A stretch of DNA of 63,839 nucleotides, filler included, from Acidimicrobiia bacterium (GTDB lineage: Bacteria > Actinomycetota > Acidimicrobiia > Spongiisociales > JAENVV01): the NCBI GenBank assembly GCA_041577335.1. It is 3 parts of 3 records of this genome, joined end to end, with 100 filler letters (N's around TTAATTAATTAA, not from the genome) between each part and the next. Parts side by side here need not be neighbours in the genome. Positions count along the whole stretch, not along the records: positions 46,602 to 63,839 come from JBFGJH010000071.1; 2 more parts are not named here. The stretch is one strand, 5' to 3'. Position numbers and translations under genes: made by a program. The notes under the pieces were generated by a model, which did no database searches, was not told the origin of the DNA, and was given only the letters and a program-made list of their open reading frames with translations. Below, piece after piece: positions 49,873 to 58,816 of this stretch (its first letter is position 1; each line of letters opens with the position of its first letter).

Positions 49873-49880
49873 GCTTTTTG

Positions 49881-51830
49881 ATGCAACCAGCGACAGCGAC
49901 GAGCTCCGAATGGCTCGGTGAACGCACCCGCGCTCAGATCCGCGCCGCCCTGGATGCGATCATCACAATCGACCAGGCGGGGATGGTGGTGGAGTGGAAT
50001 CCGTCCGCTGAACAGATCTTTGGCTACTCGAGTGAGGAAGCCATCGGCACCGAACTTGCCGAGTTGATCGTCCCGCACCGCCTGATGGACGCCCACCGCG
50101 CCGGGATGGCCCACTACTTTTCGACCGGCGAAGGGCCCGCTCTCGACCAACGGCTCGAACTCCCGGGCCGGCGCGCCGACGGCAGCGAGATCACGGTGGA
50201 ACTGACGATCACGGCCTTCGAAGCTGAGGGTCGGAAATGGTTCACTGGCTATGCCCGTGACATCAGCGAGCTGACGAGGATTCGCGAAGAGCTGATGCTC
50301 AGCGAGCAACGTTTTCGCGCCATCGTCGAGGGTTCCTCGGACATCATCACCATCTTGAATGCCGACGGCTCATGGCGATTCACGTCGGAGTCGGGTACCC
50401 GCATCACCGGTTACGAGAAGGGATTCGAACCCGAGGGAGGCATCTTGGCCCTCTTGCACCCCGACGACAGCGAACTGGCTGTCGATGCGCTGCAGAGCAT
50501 CATCTCGGGAGACAGGAGCCCTGGCGAGCCGGTCGAACTGCGAATCATTGGAAATGACGGCGCCGTGCATTGGTTTGAGACGACAGGCGTGAACATGCTG
50601 GACGATCCAGCGGTGGAGGGAGTCGTTCTGCACGCTCGGGATGTCACCGATCGAAGGGCGGCCGACGATGCGGTGCGCCTGAGAACCGGGCAGATGGCGG
50701 GGATCATGAACAACCTCGACGTCGGAGTTCTGGTCGAGGACGACGAGCGGCGGGTCGTCGCTGCCAATCAAGCCTTCGCGGATACGTTCGGGAGCGAAAT
50801 CCCGGCCGAGTCGATGACAGGGGCGGACTGTGTTGCGGCTATGCAGGCAGCGCGAATTCTCTTCAAGGACCCGGAGGGGTTCGTCGCAGGCGTGGAGATG
50901 AACGTGGCCGAGAAAAAGCCAGTGCGCAATCAGCTGCTGGCATTGACCGACGGCCGATTCCTCGAGCGGGATTACGTCCCGGTGACCGATCAGGGCCAGG
51001 TGAAAGGACACATCTGGCTGTACCGCGACGTCACCGAAGAGCTGGAGCTGACCCAACGTCGCGAGGAGATGCTCGAGCTCGAGCGGCATACGCGGCGCCA
51101 GGTCGAGGAGCAAAACGAAGCGCTCCGCGAACTCGACGAGCTTAAGACGCAGCTCGTGGCGACGGCATCGCATGAACTGCGCACCCCGCTGGCGTCGATT
51201 GTCTCATTTGCTGATCTCTTGGCGGACGGGCACGCCGGTGCGCATCCGCCCGAGGAGATGCGGTTCGTCGATGCGATCCAGCGCAACGCCGACCGGCTGC
51301 TTCATCTGGTCGACGACCTTTTGCTTCTCGCCCGCCTTGAGTCGAAGGCGGTTGCTCTGGTGTGCGAGTCGGTGGCGGTGAGTGATCTGCTTGCAGAGTT
51401 GGTCGAGAACGCCCGAGCGCGCGCCTCGGACCGATCGATTCCCATCGAGCTGCACAGCGACCGCACGGCGAGCGTCGAAGGCGACCGCTCCAAACTCACT
51501 CAGGTCTTTGACAATCTGATCTCGAACGCCGTGAAGTTCACACCCGACGGTGGGAAGGTGACGGTGGTGGTGGAACAGCAGCCGGACGCCGTCACAGTCG
51601 CGGTGAGCGATACCGGCATTGGGATCCCTTCCGAAGACCTCGACCGGTTGTTCGACCGGTTCTTCCGCGCCGACAACGCCCGCAAGAACCAGATACCTGG
51701 CACCGGGTTGGGACTCTCCGTCTCGCTGGGCCTCATCGAGCTGCATGGCGGCTCCCTCGCGGTGGAATCCGCCGAGAGAGCTGGGACCACCATGACCGTG
51801 ACCCTTCCGAAGAGGCAGGCCAATGTCTGA
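49881..51830 (+). CDS. Cytoplasmic triple-PAS sensor histidine kinase
   Basis: Three PAS repeats, SHELRTPL H-box, NLISNAVKF, DTGIG, GTGLGL; no TM segment. Confidence 0.93.
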   Translation: MQPATATSSEWLGERTRAQIRAALDAIITIDQAGMVVEWNPSAEQIFGYSSEEAIGTELAELIVPHRLMDAHRAGMAHYFSTGEGPALDQRLELPGRRADGSEITVELTITAFEAEGRKWFTGYARDISELTRIREELMLSEQRFRAIVEGSSDIITILNADGSWRFTSESGTRITGYEKGFEPEGGILALLHPDDSELAVDALQSIISGDRSPGEPVELRIIGNDGAVHWFETTGVNMLDDPAVEGVVLHARDVTDRRAADDAVRLRTGQMAGIMNNLDVGVLVEDDERRVVAANQAFADTFGSEIPAESMTGADCVAAMQAARILFKDPEGFVAGVEMNVAEKKPVRNQLLALTDGRFLERDYVPVTDQGQVKGHIWLYRDVTEELELTQRREEMLELERHTRRQVEEQNEALRELDELKTQLVATASHELRTPLASIVSFADLLADGHAGAHPPEEMRFVDAIQRNADRLLHLVDDLLLLARLESKAVALVCESVAVSDLLAELVENARARASDRSIPIELHSDRTASVEGDRSKLTQVFDNLISNAVKFTPDGGKVTVVVEQQPDAVTVAVSDTGIGIPSEDLDRLFDRFFRADNARKNQIPGTGLGLSVSLGLIELHGGSLAVESAERAGTTMTVTLPKRQANV

Positions 51831-52500
51831 TGCCAAGGTTCTCGTCATTGAAGATGAGCCGGATCTCGCCGATGCATTGGGCGTGGTGCTGAAGCGTGCC
51901 GGCTACGAGTCCATCCGGGCCGCCCAGGGCAAGGAAGGACTACGGCTCTTGCATGACCACCGTCCCGACATCGTCATCCTCGACGTCGGCCTTCCCGACC
52001 TCGACGGTTGGGAGGTTCTTGAGCGGATTCGTGACTTCACCGACACGCCGGTCGTGATGCTGACTGCTCGAGGCCTCGAACAGGACAAGGTGCGAGGGCT
52101 CGACTCGGGTGCCGACGATTATGTCACCAAGCCGTTCTCCAACGTCGAGTTGGTCTCCCGTATCAACGCCCTACTTCGCCGCTCCAGCGGGGGCGCCGAG
52201 GTCGAATCCAGCTTCCGGGCCGGAAACGTCGCTATTCGTTTCGACGCCCGGCTTGTGACCGTCGACGGTGACGAAGTCCGGCTGACACCACTCGAGTTTC
52301 GTTTGCTTGCCGCCCTGGCGCGACATCGAGGTCAGGTGTTGTCGGTCGATCAGTTGCTCGATTTGGCATGGAACGATCCCTTCGGGATCGCCCCGGAGCG
52401 GGTCAAGTTCACAGTTGCTCGCCTCCGAAAGAAGCTCGCCGAGCGCGACGCTGCTCCCATCGAGACCGTACGGGGATTCGGCTACCGCTTCGCCGGCTGA
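51823..52500 (+). CDS. OmpR/PhoB family response regulator
   Basis: IEDE, ILDVGLP, LTA, GADDYVTKPF, LTPLEF, IETVRGFGY. Confidence 0.95.
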   Translation: MSDAKVLVIEDEPDLADALGVVLKRAGYESIRAAQGKEGLRLLHDHRPDIVILDVGLPDLDGWEVLERIRDFTDTPVVMLTARGLEQDKVRGLDSGADDYVTKPFSNVELVSRINALLRRSSGGAEVESSFRAGNVAIRFDARLVTVDGDEVRLTPLEFRLLAALARHRGQVLSVDQLLDLAWNDPFGIAPERVKFTVARLRKKLAERDAAPIETVRGFGYRFAG

Positions 52501-52502
52501 TC

Positions 52503-52543
52503 TGCAACCGAACTGCAACCCGACGGGCAACGTCTGTGCAACC
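52503..52543 (+). promoter_or_regulatory. Four phased GCAAC direct repeats, putative OmpR-family binding site
   Basis: GCAAC at 52504, 52515, 52527, 52538 (spacing 11, 12, 11). Confidence 0.65.
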
Positions 52544-52584
52544 TGCGGTTCCGATGTTTCCTCATGCACATTGAGGAGCGGAAC

Positions 52585-53613
52585 ATGGAGAACTTGCATG
52601 GGGCACGGATCGTCCTCGTAGAGGACGACGAAGCCCAAGCCGAGTACGTGAGATACGTGCTCCAGGAGATGGCCGGCTGCGTCGTCGATCATCATGTCGA
52701 CCCCGAACGAGCTTTGGAAGCGTTGGCGCTTTCCCCGTGCGATGCGGTGATCACCGACATGATGTTGCCAGGCATGGACGGTCTCGAATTCATGCGGAGA
52801 CTCCAGCCGGCGAGGCCGGCGGTGCCCGTTATCGCCGTCACCGCCTTCGCCACGGTCGACATGGCCGTCGAGGCCGTTCAGGCACGGGCGGCTGGTTTTC
52901 TCCGGAAGCCCTTTTCTCCTGACGATCTGATGACGGCAGTCGGCGCCCAAATCGCCGAGTCACGCCGCCGGCGGCCCAACAATCGAGTTCTCGCGATCGG
53001 CGCCCACCCCGATGACATCGAGCTGGGGGTGGGGGCAACTCTCTTCCGGCACCGGTCCGCACAGGACGACATCACGATGCTCGTTCTCACGCAAGGCATG
53101 GAAGGTGGCGACTCAGGAGTGAGGGCCACCGAAGCTGAGGCGGCCGCCCGCAAGCTCGGCGCCACGCTCATCTTCGGGGATCTCGAGGACACGAGAATCA
53201 GCGAAGGACATCCCACTGTTTCGGTGATCGAGGACGCCATCGCCCAGGCGCGACCCACCCTTGTGTACGTACACAGCGACAACGACGTGCACCAGGATCA
53301 CCGGAACGCCCACCGCGCCACTTTGGTGGCGGCCCGTCGAGTGCCGGCTATCTATTGCTATCAGAGTCCCTCGGCCACCGTCGGTTTCTCGCCGACCCTC
53401 TTCGTCGGAGTCGATACCCACGTCAACCAGAAGCTCGATCTCATCGCCACCCACGATTCGCAGGCGAGTACACGGCCGTACATGGAACCAGCCCTCATCG
53501 ACGCCACTGCCCGCTACTGGGGTCGGTTCGCCGACAGCCGCTACGCCGAGCCATTCGAGGTTGTGCGGGAACGGGCCGTACGGGCGGGAGGAGCCGGCAA
53601 TGTGGCGGCTTGA
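52585..53613 (+). CDS. Response-regulator receiver domain fused to PIG-L/LmbE deacetylase
   Basis: REC: VEDD, TDMMLP, TA, KP; PIG-L: AHPDD, HQDH; GAGGAG RBS. Confidence 0.9.
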   Translation: MENLHGARIVLVEDDEAQAEYVRYVLQEMAGCVVDHHVDPERALEALALSPCDAVITDMMLPGMDGLEFMRRLQPARPAVPVIAVTAFATVDMAVEAVQARAAGFLRKPFSPDDLMTAVGAQIAESRRRRPNNRVLAIGAHPDDIELGVGATLFRHRSAQDDITMLVLTQGMEGGDSGVRATEAEAAARKLGATLIFGDLEDTRISEGHPTVSVIEDAIAQARPTLVYVHSDNDVHQDHRNAHRATLVAARRVPAIYCYQSPSATVGFSPTLFVGVDTHVNQKLDLIATHDSQASTRPYMEPALIDATARYWGRFADSRYAEPFEVVRERAVRAGGAGNVAA

Positions 53614-54613
53614 CGGCGTGCGACCCCGTGTCCTGGTCACCGGCATCGGCGGTCCGGCGGCTCAGGCGTTCATCGCCTCCTTCGCCCCGGGGACGGTCGA
53701 TTGGTTCGCCGCCGACATGGACCCGCTGATGCCCGGCTTCCAATTGTTTCCACCGGATCGGCGCGGGGTCCTTCCCCGAGGCGGCGACCAGAGCTTTGCC
53801 CGGGCGCTGCTCTCTCTTGCACTGACGGCCGGTGCTGATGTGGTTGTTCCGACCGTAGACAGCGAACTGCTCGCGGTCGCCCGCAGCCGGCGCCACTTCT
53901 CTCGCCAGGGCATCCATGTGCTGGCCGCCTCTGTGTCAACGCTCGACGTCTGCCTCGACAAACTACACCTCGTCGAGAAGCTGTCCGGTGTCGTCGACGT
54001 GCCGGTCACCCACCGATTCGACGAGTCATTCGACCCCGCGGGGCTCAAAGAACGGGTAGTCGTGAAGCCACGATCCGGGAGTGGTGGGCGAGGTGTCCAT
54101 GTCTTTGAAGCGGCGGCTGAGATCAGCGCCGACCTTCCACGGGACGGCTCCCTCATCGTGCAGGAGTTCCTGCCCGGCGCCGAGTATTCGATCGACGTGC
54201 TTGCCGGCAAGGCCGGACGGATCGTGGCTGCGGTGCCCAGGGAGAGGATCCGGGTGGACTCCGGCATCGCAGTTGTGGCCCGCTCGGTTCGCGACCAGCG
54301 GCTCATCGATTTCGGCACTGCGGTGGCGGAGGCCATCGGGTTGACCACGGCTGCCAACGTCCAAGCAAAGCTCCGCGAGGACGGAACTCCCGCACTGCTG
54401 GAAGTGAATCCCCGCTTTCCGGGCACGATGTCTCTCACCGTGGCCAGCGGCGTGAACATGCCGGAGCTGGCTCTCACGGACCTGCTTGGTGGTGTCATCC
54501 CCGAGCGAGCCGCGTTCCGTGAAACGGTGATGGTCCGCACGTGGGCCGACCACATTGTCGATCCTGCCTCCTATGGCAGAAGCGGCCTCGGGGCCTCGGA
54601 CCGGGTGGCATAG
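53600..54613 (+). CDS. ATP-grasp domain protein
   Basis: VLVTGIGG, PTVDSEL, CLDK, VKPRSGSGGRG, QEFLPG.EY, EVNPRF. Confidence 0.9.
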   Translation: MWRLDGVRPRVLVTGIGGPAAQAFIASFAPGTVDWFAADMDPLMPGFQLFPPDRRGVLPRGGDQSFARALLSLALTAGADVVVPTVDSELLAVARSRRHFSRQGIHVLAASVSTLDVCLDKLHLVEKLSGVVDVPVTHRFDESFDPAGLKERVVVKPRSGSGGRGVHVFEAAAEISADLPRDGSLIVQEFLPGAEYSIDVLAGKAGRIVAAVPRERIRVDSGIAVVARSVRDQRLIDFGTAVAEAIGLTTAANVQAKLREDGTPALLEVNPRFPGTMSLTVASGVNMPELALTDLLGGVIPERAAFRETVMVRTWADHIVDPASYGRSGLGASDRVA

Positions 54614-54615
54614 CT

Positions 54616-55326
54616 GTGCAGGACTTCCACACCCACACCACCTTCTCCGATGGATCCGACACGCCGGAGGCGATGATCCAGGCTGCTGTCGCTGCAGGCA
54701 TCACGACCCTGGGAATCTGCGACCACGTGCGTTCCAGCACGGACTGGGTGCCTCAATACGTCGAGACCATCCGCCGGCTCCGAGCCGACGCGCCCATCGA
54801 CGTGAGGTGCGGGGTCGAAGCGAAGATGCTCGACACCCACGGCAATCTCGATCTCCCCGAGAACCTCTTCGGCGTCGAATACGTGGCGATCGCCGATCAC
54901 CGGGTGCCCACGCCCTACGGTCCTGCGCTGCCCGAGCAGATCCGCCGCCGGATGGACGCGGGCGCCTTGGGCGAGATCGACGTGTTCGAGTTGATCGTCG
55001 AAGCCACGGCAGCGGCGGCGGCGGCGTCGCCGGCGCAGCCGATCATCGCCCATCTCTTCAGCATTCTTCCCAAGCTGGGCATGCGTGAGGACGACATACC
55101 ACTGAGCCTGGTCAACGTTCTGGTGCGCCGGCTCCGGCGGGCTCATGCATGGGTGGAGATCAACGAGAAATGGAAGTGTCCCGGCCGTGACATCGCCGAC
55201 CGGCTGGCCAGGGGCGGGGTGCAGCTCGTCGCCGGATCCGACAGCCATGCCGCCGCCGACCTCGGATGGTTGGCTTACGTGGACAGCACCGGTGACGATC
55301 TGATCACTCCCAACGTGGCGGCCTGA
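54616..55326 (+). CDS. PHP domain phosphoesterase
   Basis: DFHTHTTFSDG, CDH, GVE, ADH, AH, GSDSH. Confidence 0.9.
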   Translation: MQDFHTHTTFSDGSDTPEAMIQAAVAAGITTLGICDHVRSSTDWVPQYVETIRRLRADAPIDVRCGVEAKMLDTHGNLDLPENLFGVEYVAIADHRVPTPYGPALPEQIRRRMDAGALGEIDVFELIVEATAAAAAASPAQPIIAHLFSILPKLGMREDDIPLSLVNVLVRRLRRAHAWVEINEKWKCPGRDIADRLARGGVQLVAGSDSHAAADLGWLAYVDSTGDDLITPNVAA

Positions 55327-55330
55327 GATC

Positions 55331-56827
55331 GTGAGCGCACTCGAGATAGCCGAACTCGTCGGGAAGAACACTCTCGTGGTGCTCGTCCTGCTCGGAGCAC
55401 TGCCGCTCACTGCGGCGGTCTACCAGTATCTGTTGGTGGGGTTCCATTCTCGCCGGAACCACTATGACGAGGTGGCCCCGACCTTCCCCAACACGGCCAT
55501 CCTCATTCCGGCCTGGAACGAGGACGCCGTGATCGCCGCGTCGATCGACCGGCTCATCCAGCTCGAGTATCCCGCCGACCGCCTCCGCATCTACGTCGTC
55601 GACGACGGATCCACCGACCGAACTCCCGACGTGGTCCTCGCCAAGGCAGAAGAATTCCCCGGTCGAGTCTTCCATCTCCGTCGGGAGAATGGTGGCCAGG
55701 GCAAGGCCCACACGCTCAATCATGGGCTCGAGATCATCCTGTCCGACGACTGGATGGAGGCGCTCCTCATCATGGACGCCGACGTCATCTATGCCAGGGA
55801 CTCACTGCGCAAGATGACCCGCCACCTTGCCGACCCGACGGTCGGCGCCGTGACCGCTTACATCATGGAGGGCAGCGAGCCGGGAGGCTACATGACCCGG
55901 TTCATTGCCTACGAGTACATCACCGCCCAAGCGGGCGCCCGCCGCTCCCAGAACGTCCTCGGAGCCATGGCGTGCCTGGCCGGGGGCGCCCAGCTCCACT
56001 CCCGGGAGAACCTCGAAGCTCTCGGGGGTCGCATCGACACGTCGTCGCTGGCCGAGGACACATTCACCACCATCAATACCCAGCTCGGCGGCCGGAAATG
56101 TGTCTTTGAAGGCAACGCCATCGTCAAGGCAGAAGAACCCGACGCCATCGTGGGTCTGTGGAAGCAGCGCCTGCGCTGGGCTCGGGGCAACGTCCAAGTG
56201 AGCATTCGCTACAAGAGCCTGTGGTTCCGACCCAACGGCGAACACCGGCTGGGAAGCATCTCCTTCGGCATCTTCTGGTTCACGATCTTCCTCCTACCGG
56301 TGTTCATGATTCTGTCATCGGTCAGCCTGATCGTCCTCTTCTTCGTCGACTTCCCCCTGTCATGGGAGACGTTCAAGAAGCTCTGGATAATCAATGCCAT
56401 CTCGTTCATCTTCATCACCTCGTACTGCCTCATGATCGACACCGAGACCGCCAAACGAGCCTGGAAGGAAGCGGTGATCTTCCCCGGTGCCATCTCGGTG
56501 TTGATCATTCTCTACACGGTATTTCCTCGACTCTTCGGCGCAGCGGCGAGCGGCGCGCTCGACCTGCTCAACATCAACAACCCCGTCGTCGTCAAGTCGA
56601 TCATCTTTTTTGCCTATGTCTGGGTGGCGGCCTGCATGGGGGTGGCTTACCTCGGCAAGTTCTTCGAAGCCCACGGCCTGCCCCGACTGCTCAGCCGGCT
56701 CATGGTGTACATCGGCGGCTACGGGCCGCTGCTGTGCGCCGTCACCTTCGCCTCGTATGGCTACGAGCTGCGCGGGGCCGAGATGACGTGGGACAAAACC
56801 GTCAAGACCGGAAAGGTCGCGGCATGA
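55331..56827 (+). CDS. Processive GT2 glycosyltransferase (cellulose synthase/PgaC/IcaA-like), multi-TM
   Basis: PAWNE, DDGSTD, GKAH, DAD, AED, QRLRW; N- and C-terminal TM helices. Confidence 0.92.
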   Translation: MSALEIAELVGKNTLVVLVLLGALPLTAAVYQYLLVGFHSRRNHYDEVAPTFPNTAILIPAWNEDAVIAASIDRLIQLEYPADRLRIYVVDDGSTDRTPDVVLAKAEEFPGRVFHLRRENGGQGKAHTLNHGLEIILSDDWMEALLIMDADVIYARDSLRKMTRHLADPTVGAVTAYIMEGSEPGGYMTRFIAYEYITAQAGARRSQNVLGAMACLAGGAQLHSRENLEALGGRIDTSSLAEDTFTTINTQLGGRKCVFEGNAIVKAEEPDAIVGLWKQRLRWARGNVQVSIRYKSLWFRPNGEHRLGSISFGIFWFTIFLLPVFMILSSVSLIVLFFVDFPLSWETFKKLWIINAISFIFITSYCLMIDTETAKRAWKEAVIFPGAISVLIILYTVFPRLFGAAASGALDLLNINNPVVVKSIIFFAYVWVAACMGVAYLGKFFEAHGLPRLLSRLMVYIGGYGPLLCAVTFASYGYELRGAEMTWDKTVKTGKVAA

Positions 56828-56979
56828 GCGCCTTCTCCATCGACGACTACGTCCGCAGCGAATTCCAGCCTGAGCTCGACGCGGACCTGGCCGTCGAGCG
56901 GAAACTGTCGAGGCGATGCCTCTACGCCATTGCCGTCGTCGTTGCCGTGATCATCGCCCGCTCACTTTGGTTCGTCTGA
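56824..56979 (+). CDS. Small single-TM protein coupled to GT2 (51 aa)
   Basis: ATGA overlap with GT2 stop; MSAFSIDDY...CLYAIAVVVAVIIARSLWFV*. Confidence 0.7.
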   Translation: MSAFSIDDYVRSEFQPELDADLAVERKLSRRCLYAIAVVVAVIIARSLWFV

Positions 56980-56997
56980 TCAGCTCAAGGAGAAAAC

Positions 56998-57384
56998 ATG
57001 GAATACCGAATACCGATCATCCCCAGCGCCGTGGCCGTGGCGGCACCGGCCGACGACGCCGAACTGCTGGCGTCGATGGGTCACGAGCTGAGAACGCCGC
57101 TCAACGCCGTGATCGGACTGTCGGACCTCCTAGCCCGCCACGCATACGGCCCGCTGTCTGAAAAGCAGTCGGATTTCGTCAACCACATCAACAAGTCCGG
57201 CCGACAGCTGCTGAAGCTCATCGACGACATGCTTGATGCCACCAACTTCTGCCAAGGAGGCAACTCGCCCCACCTGCACCCGCTGCCGGGAGAGATCGGA
57301 GCTCCGGACATCGGTGCCACGGCCAGCCACCGAGAAGCAACAGACTCGGGCCTGCGACTCGACGATCTAGGTGGCTGCCCATGA
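56998..57384 (+). CDS. Stand-alone HisKA (DHp) domain protein
   Basis: AAGGAG RBS; MGHELRTPLNAVIGLSDLL...SGRQLLKLIDDMLD with no HATPase; stop overlaps next ATG. Confidence 0.75.
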   Translation: MEYRIPIIPSAVAVAAPADDAELLASMGHELRTPLNAVIGLSDLLARHAYGPLSEKQSDFVNHINKSGRQLLKLIDDMLDATNFCQGGNSPHLHPLPGEIGAPDIGATASHREATDSGLRLDDLGGCP

Positions 57385-58775
57385 GCAACGCCCTCGCCGT
57401 GGACCGTGTCCTCGTCGTCGACGACGATGAGTACGGCAGCCTGCCCGTCCGAGCCCTGCTCGAGGGATGGGGCGTCGAGGTCCGCTATGTAGGCGACGCC
57501 CGCCAGGTCTTGCGCGTCCTCGAGGAGGAGGACCTGCCAGACCTGATCATCAGTGATGTCATGATGCCCGGGCTCGACGGCTTCGCTCTCTGCGATCTCC
57601 TCCGTCGCAACGAGGCATGGCGGCATCTGCCTTTGCTCTTCGTCACGGCGCTCAACGATCGGTCGGCCAGGCTGAAGGCTCTCGACGCCGGCGGCGACGA
57701 CATCCTCAGCAAGCCCGTCGACGAGGCAGAGCTGATCGCCCGAGTGCGATCCCTCGGGCGGCTCAGCCGCTACCGGCTGATGCTCGAGGAGCGCGACCGG
57801 CTCGATCAGCTCATAGAAATCAACGGCGACGGCGTGCTCATCCTCGCCGCCGACGACACGGTCACCCGCGCCAATGCTGCGGCCGGCCAGCTCCTGGGAA
57901 TGCCCGAGGAGCTCCCTCCCACCTTCCCGTTGGTCGCCCACATCGAGACACGATTCTCGGTGGACGGCGACCTTCGTTCTCGGGCTCTCTTGGAGCTGGC
58001 GGCCCGGCGTGGGTCTGGGCGCCGGTTCCTCGAATGGAAGGCCCGGCGTGTATCGGGAGCCGATTCGTCGACGACGGTCGTGACCGTCCGTGACGTTACC
58101 GAGTCGGTGCTCCGCACCCGGGCGTCGGCGGCTCTGCTCGACACCATCAGCCACAAGTTCAACACACCACTGGCGGCGGTACAGGCAGGCGTGGAACTGC
58201 TGGGGGACTCTCCCCGGCTCACTGACGAGGACAGGGAGCTCCTCGATCTGGTCGATGGCGGAGCGGTACGCCTGAAGGCGTCTATCGACCGTGTGATCCA
58301 GTTCGTTGCGGCGGGATCGTCGGCGGCCATCAACCCCGTTGGCCTCGACCGAGCCTCGCTGGAGTGCGTCGTGGCTGAGCAGGCCGGTCCGGATGCGACG
58401 CTCGGCCGCTTCGACGCCGACGACGCCACCCAGGTCGATGGTCGGGTGCTGAGCCTGGCGGTGGAGGAGTTGGTGGCCAACGCCATGACGGCCGGTGCCG
58501 AGTCGATCACGGTCGATGTCGAAACGGCCGCTGAGGAGGTGATGGTCAGCGTGGTCGACGATGGAAGTGGCTTTCCTTCGAACGACGCTACCCGCATCTT
58601 CGAATCGTTCTATCAGGTCGACCCCACCGGCGAACACGACGGTATGGGAATCGGCCTGGCTCTGGTGAGGTACGCAGTGACGGAAGCCGGGGGCCGCTGC
58701 GGAGCTACGTCTCCGGTGGGTGAGCCAACCCGCGTGTGGTTCACACTTCCCGCCCTCGGCGACTCGCTGCGATAG
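57381..58775 (+). CDS. Hybrid REC-PAS-histidine kinase with degenerate H-box
   Basis: REC (VDDD, SDVMMP, TA, KP), PAS-like middle, SHKFNTPL, ELVANA, DDGSGF, GMGIGL. Confidence 0.87.
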   Translation: MSNALAVDRVLVVDDDEYGSLPVRALLEGWGVEVRYVGDARQVLRVLEEEDLPDLIISDVMMPGLDGFALCDLLRRNEAWRHLPLLFVTALNDRSARLKALDAGGDDILSKPVDEAELIARVRSLGRLSRYRLMLEERDRLDQLIEINGDGVLILAADDTVTRANAAAGQLLGMPEELPPTFPLVAHIETRFSVDGDLRSRALLELAARRGSGRRFLEWKARRVSGADSSTTVVTVRDVTESVLRTRASAALLDTISHKFNTPLAAVQAGVELLGDSPRLTDEDRELLDLVDGGAVRLKASIDRVIQFVAAGSSAAINPVGLDRASLECVVAEQAGPDATLGRFDADDATQVDGRVLSLAVEELVANAMTAGAESITVDVETAAEEVMVSVVDDGSGFPSNDATRIFESFYQVDPTGEHDGMGIGLALVRYAVTEAGGRCGATSPVGEPTRVWFTLPALGDSLR

Positions 58776-58816
58776 GCGACCCGCCACCGCTGAGGTCAAA
58801 TGACCCCCGAGGCCGA

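Noticed and set aside
52501..52545. Short periodic repeats as a CRISPR array
   Set aside because: 5-7 bp units at 11-12 bp period and no cas genes; no CRISPR array seen anywhere in the window
57081..58799. Long antisense or alternate-frame ORFs (e.g. 572 aa here, 9002-10354, 40203-41393, 2631-3623, 17146-18135)
   Set aside because: Shadows of well-supported genes in high-GC DNA, with no motifs
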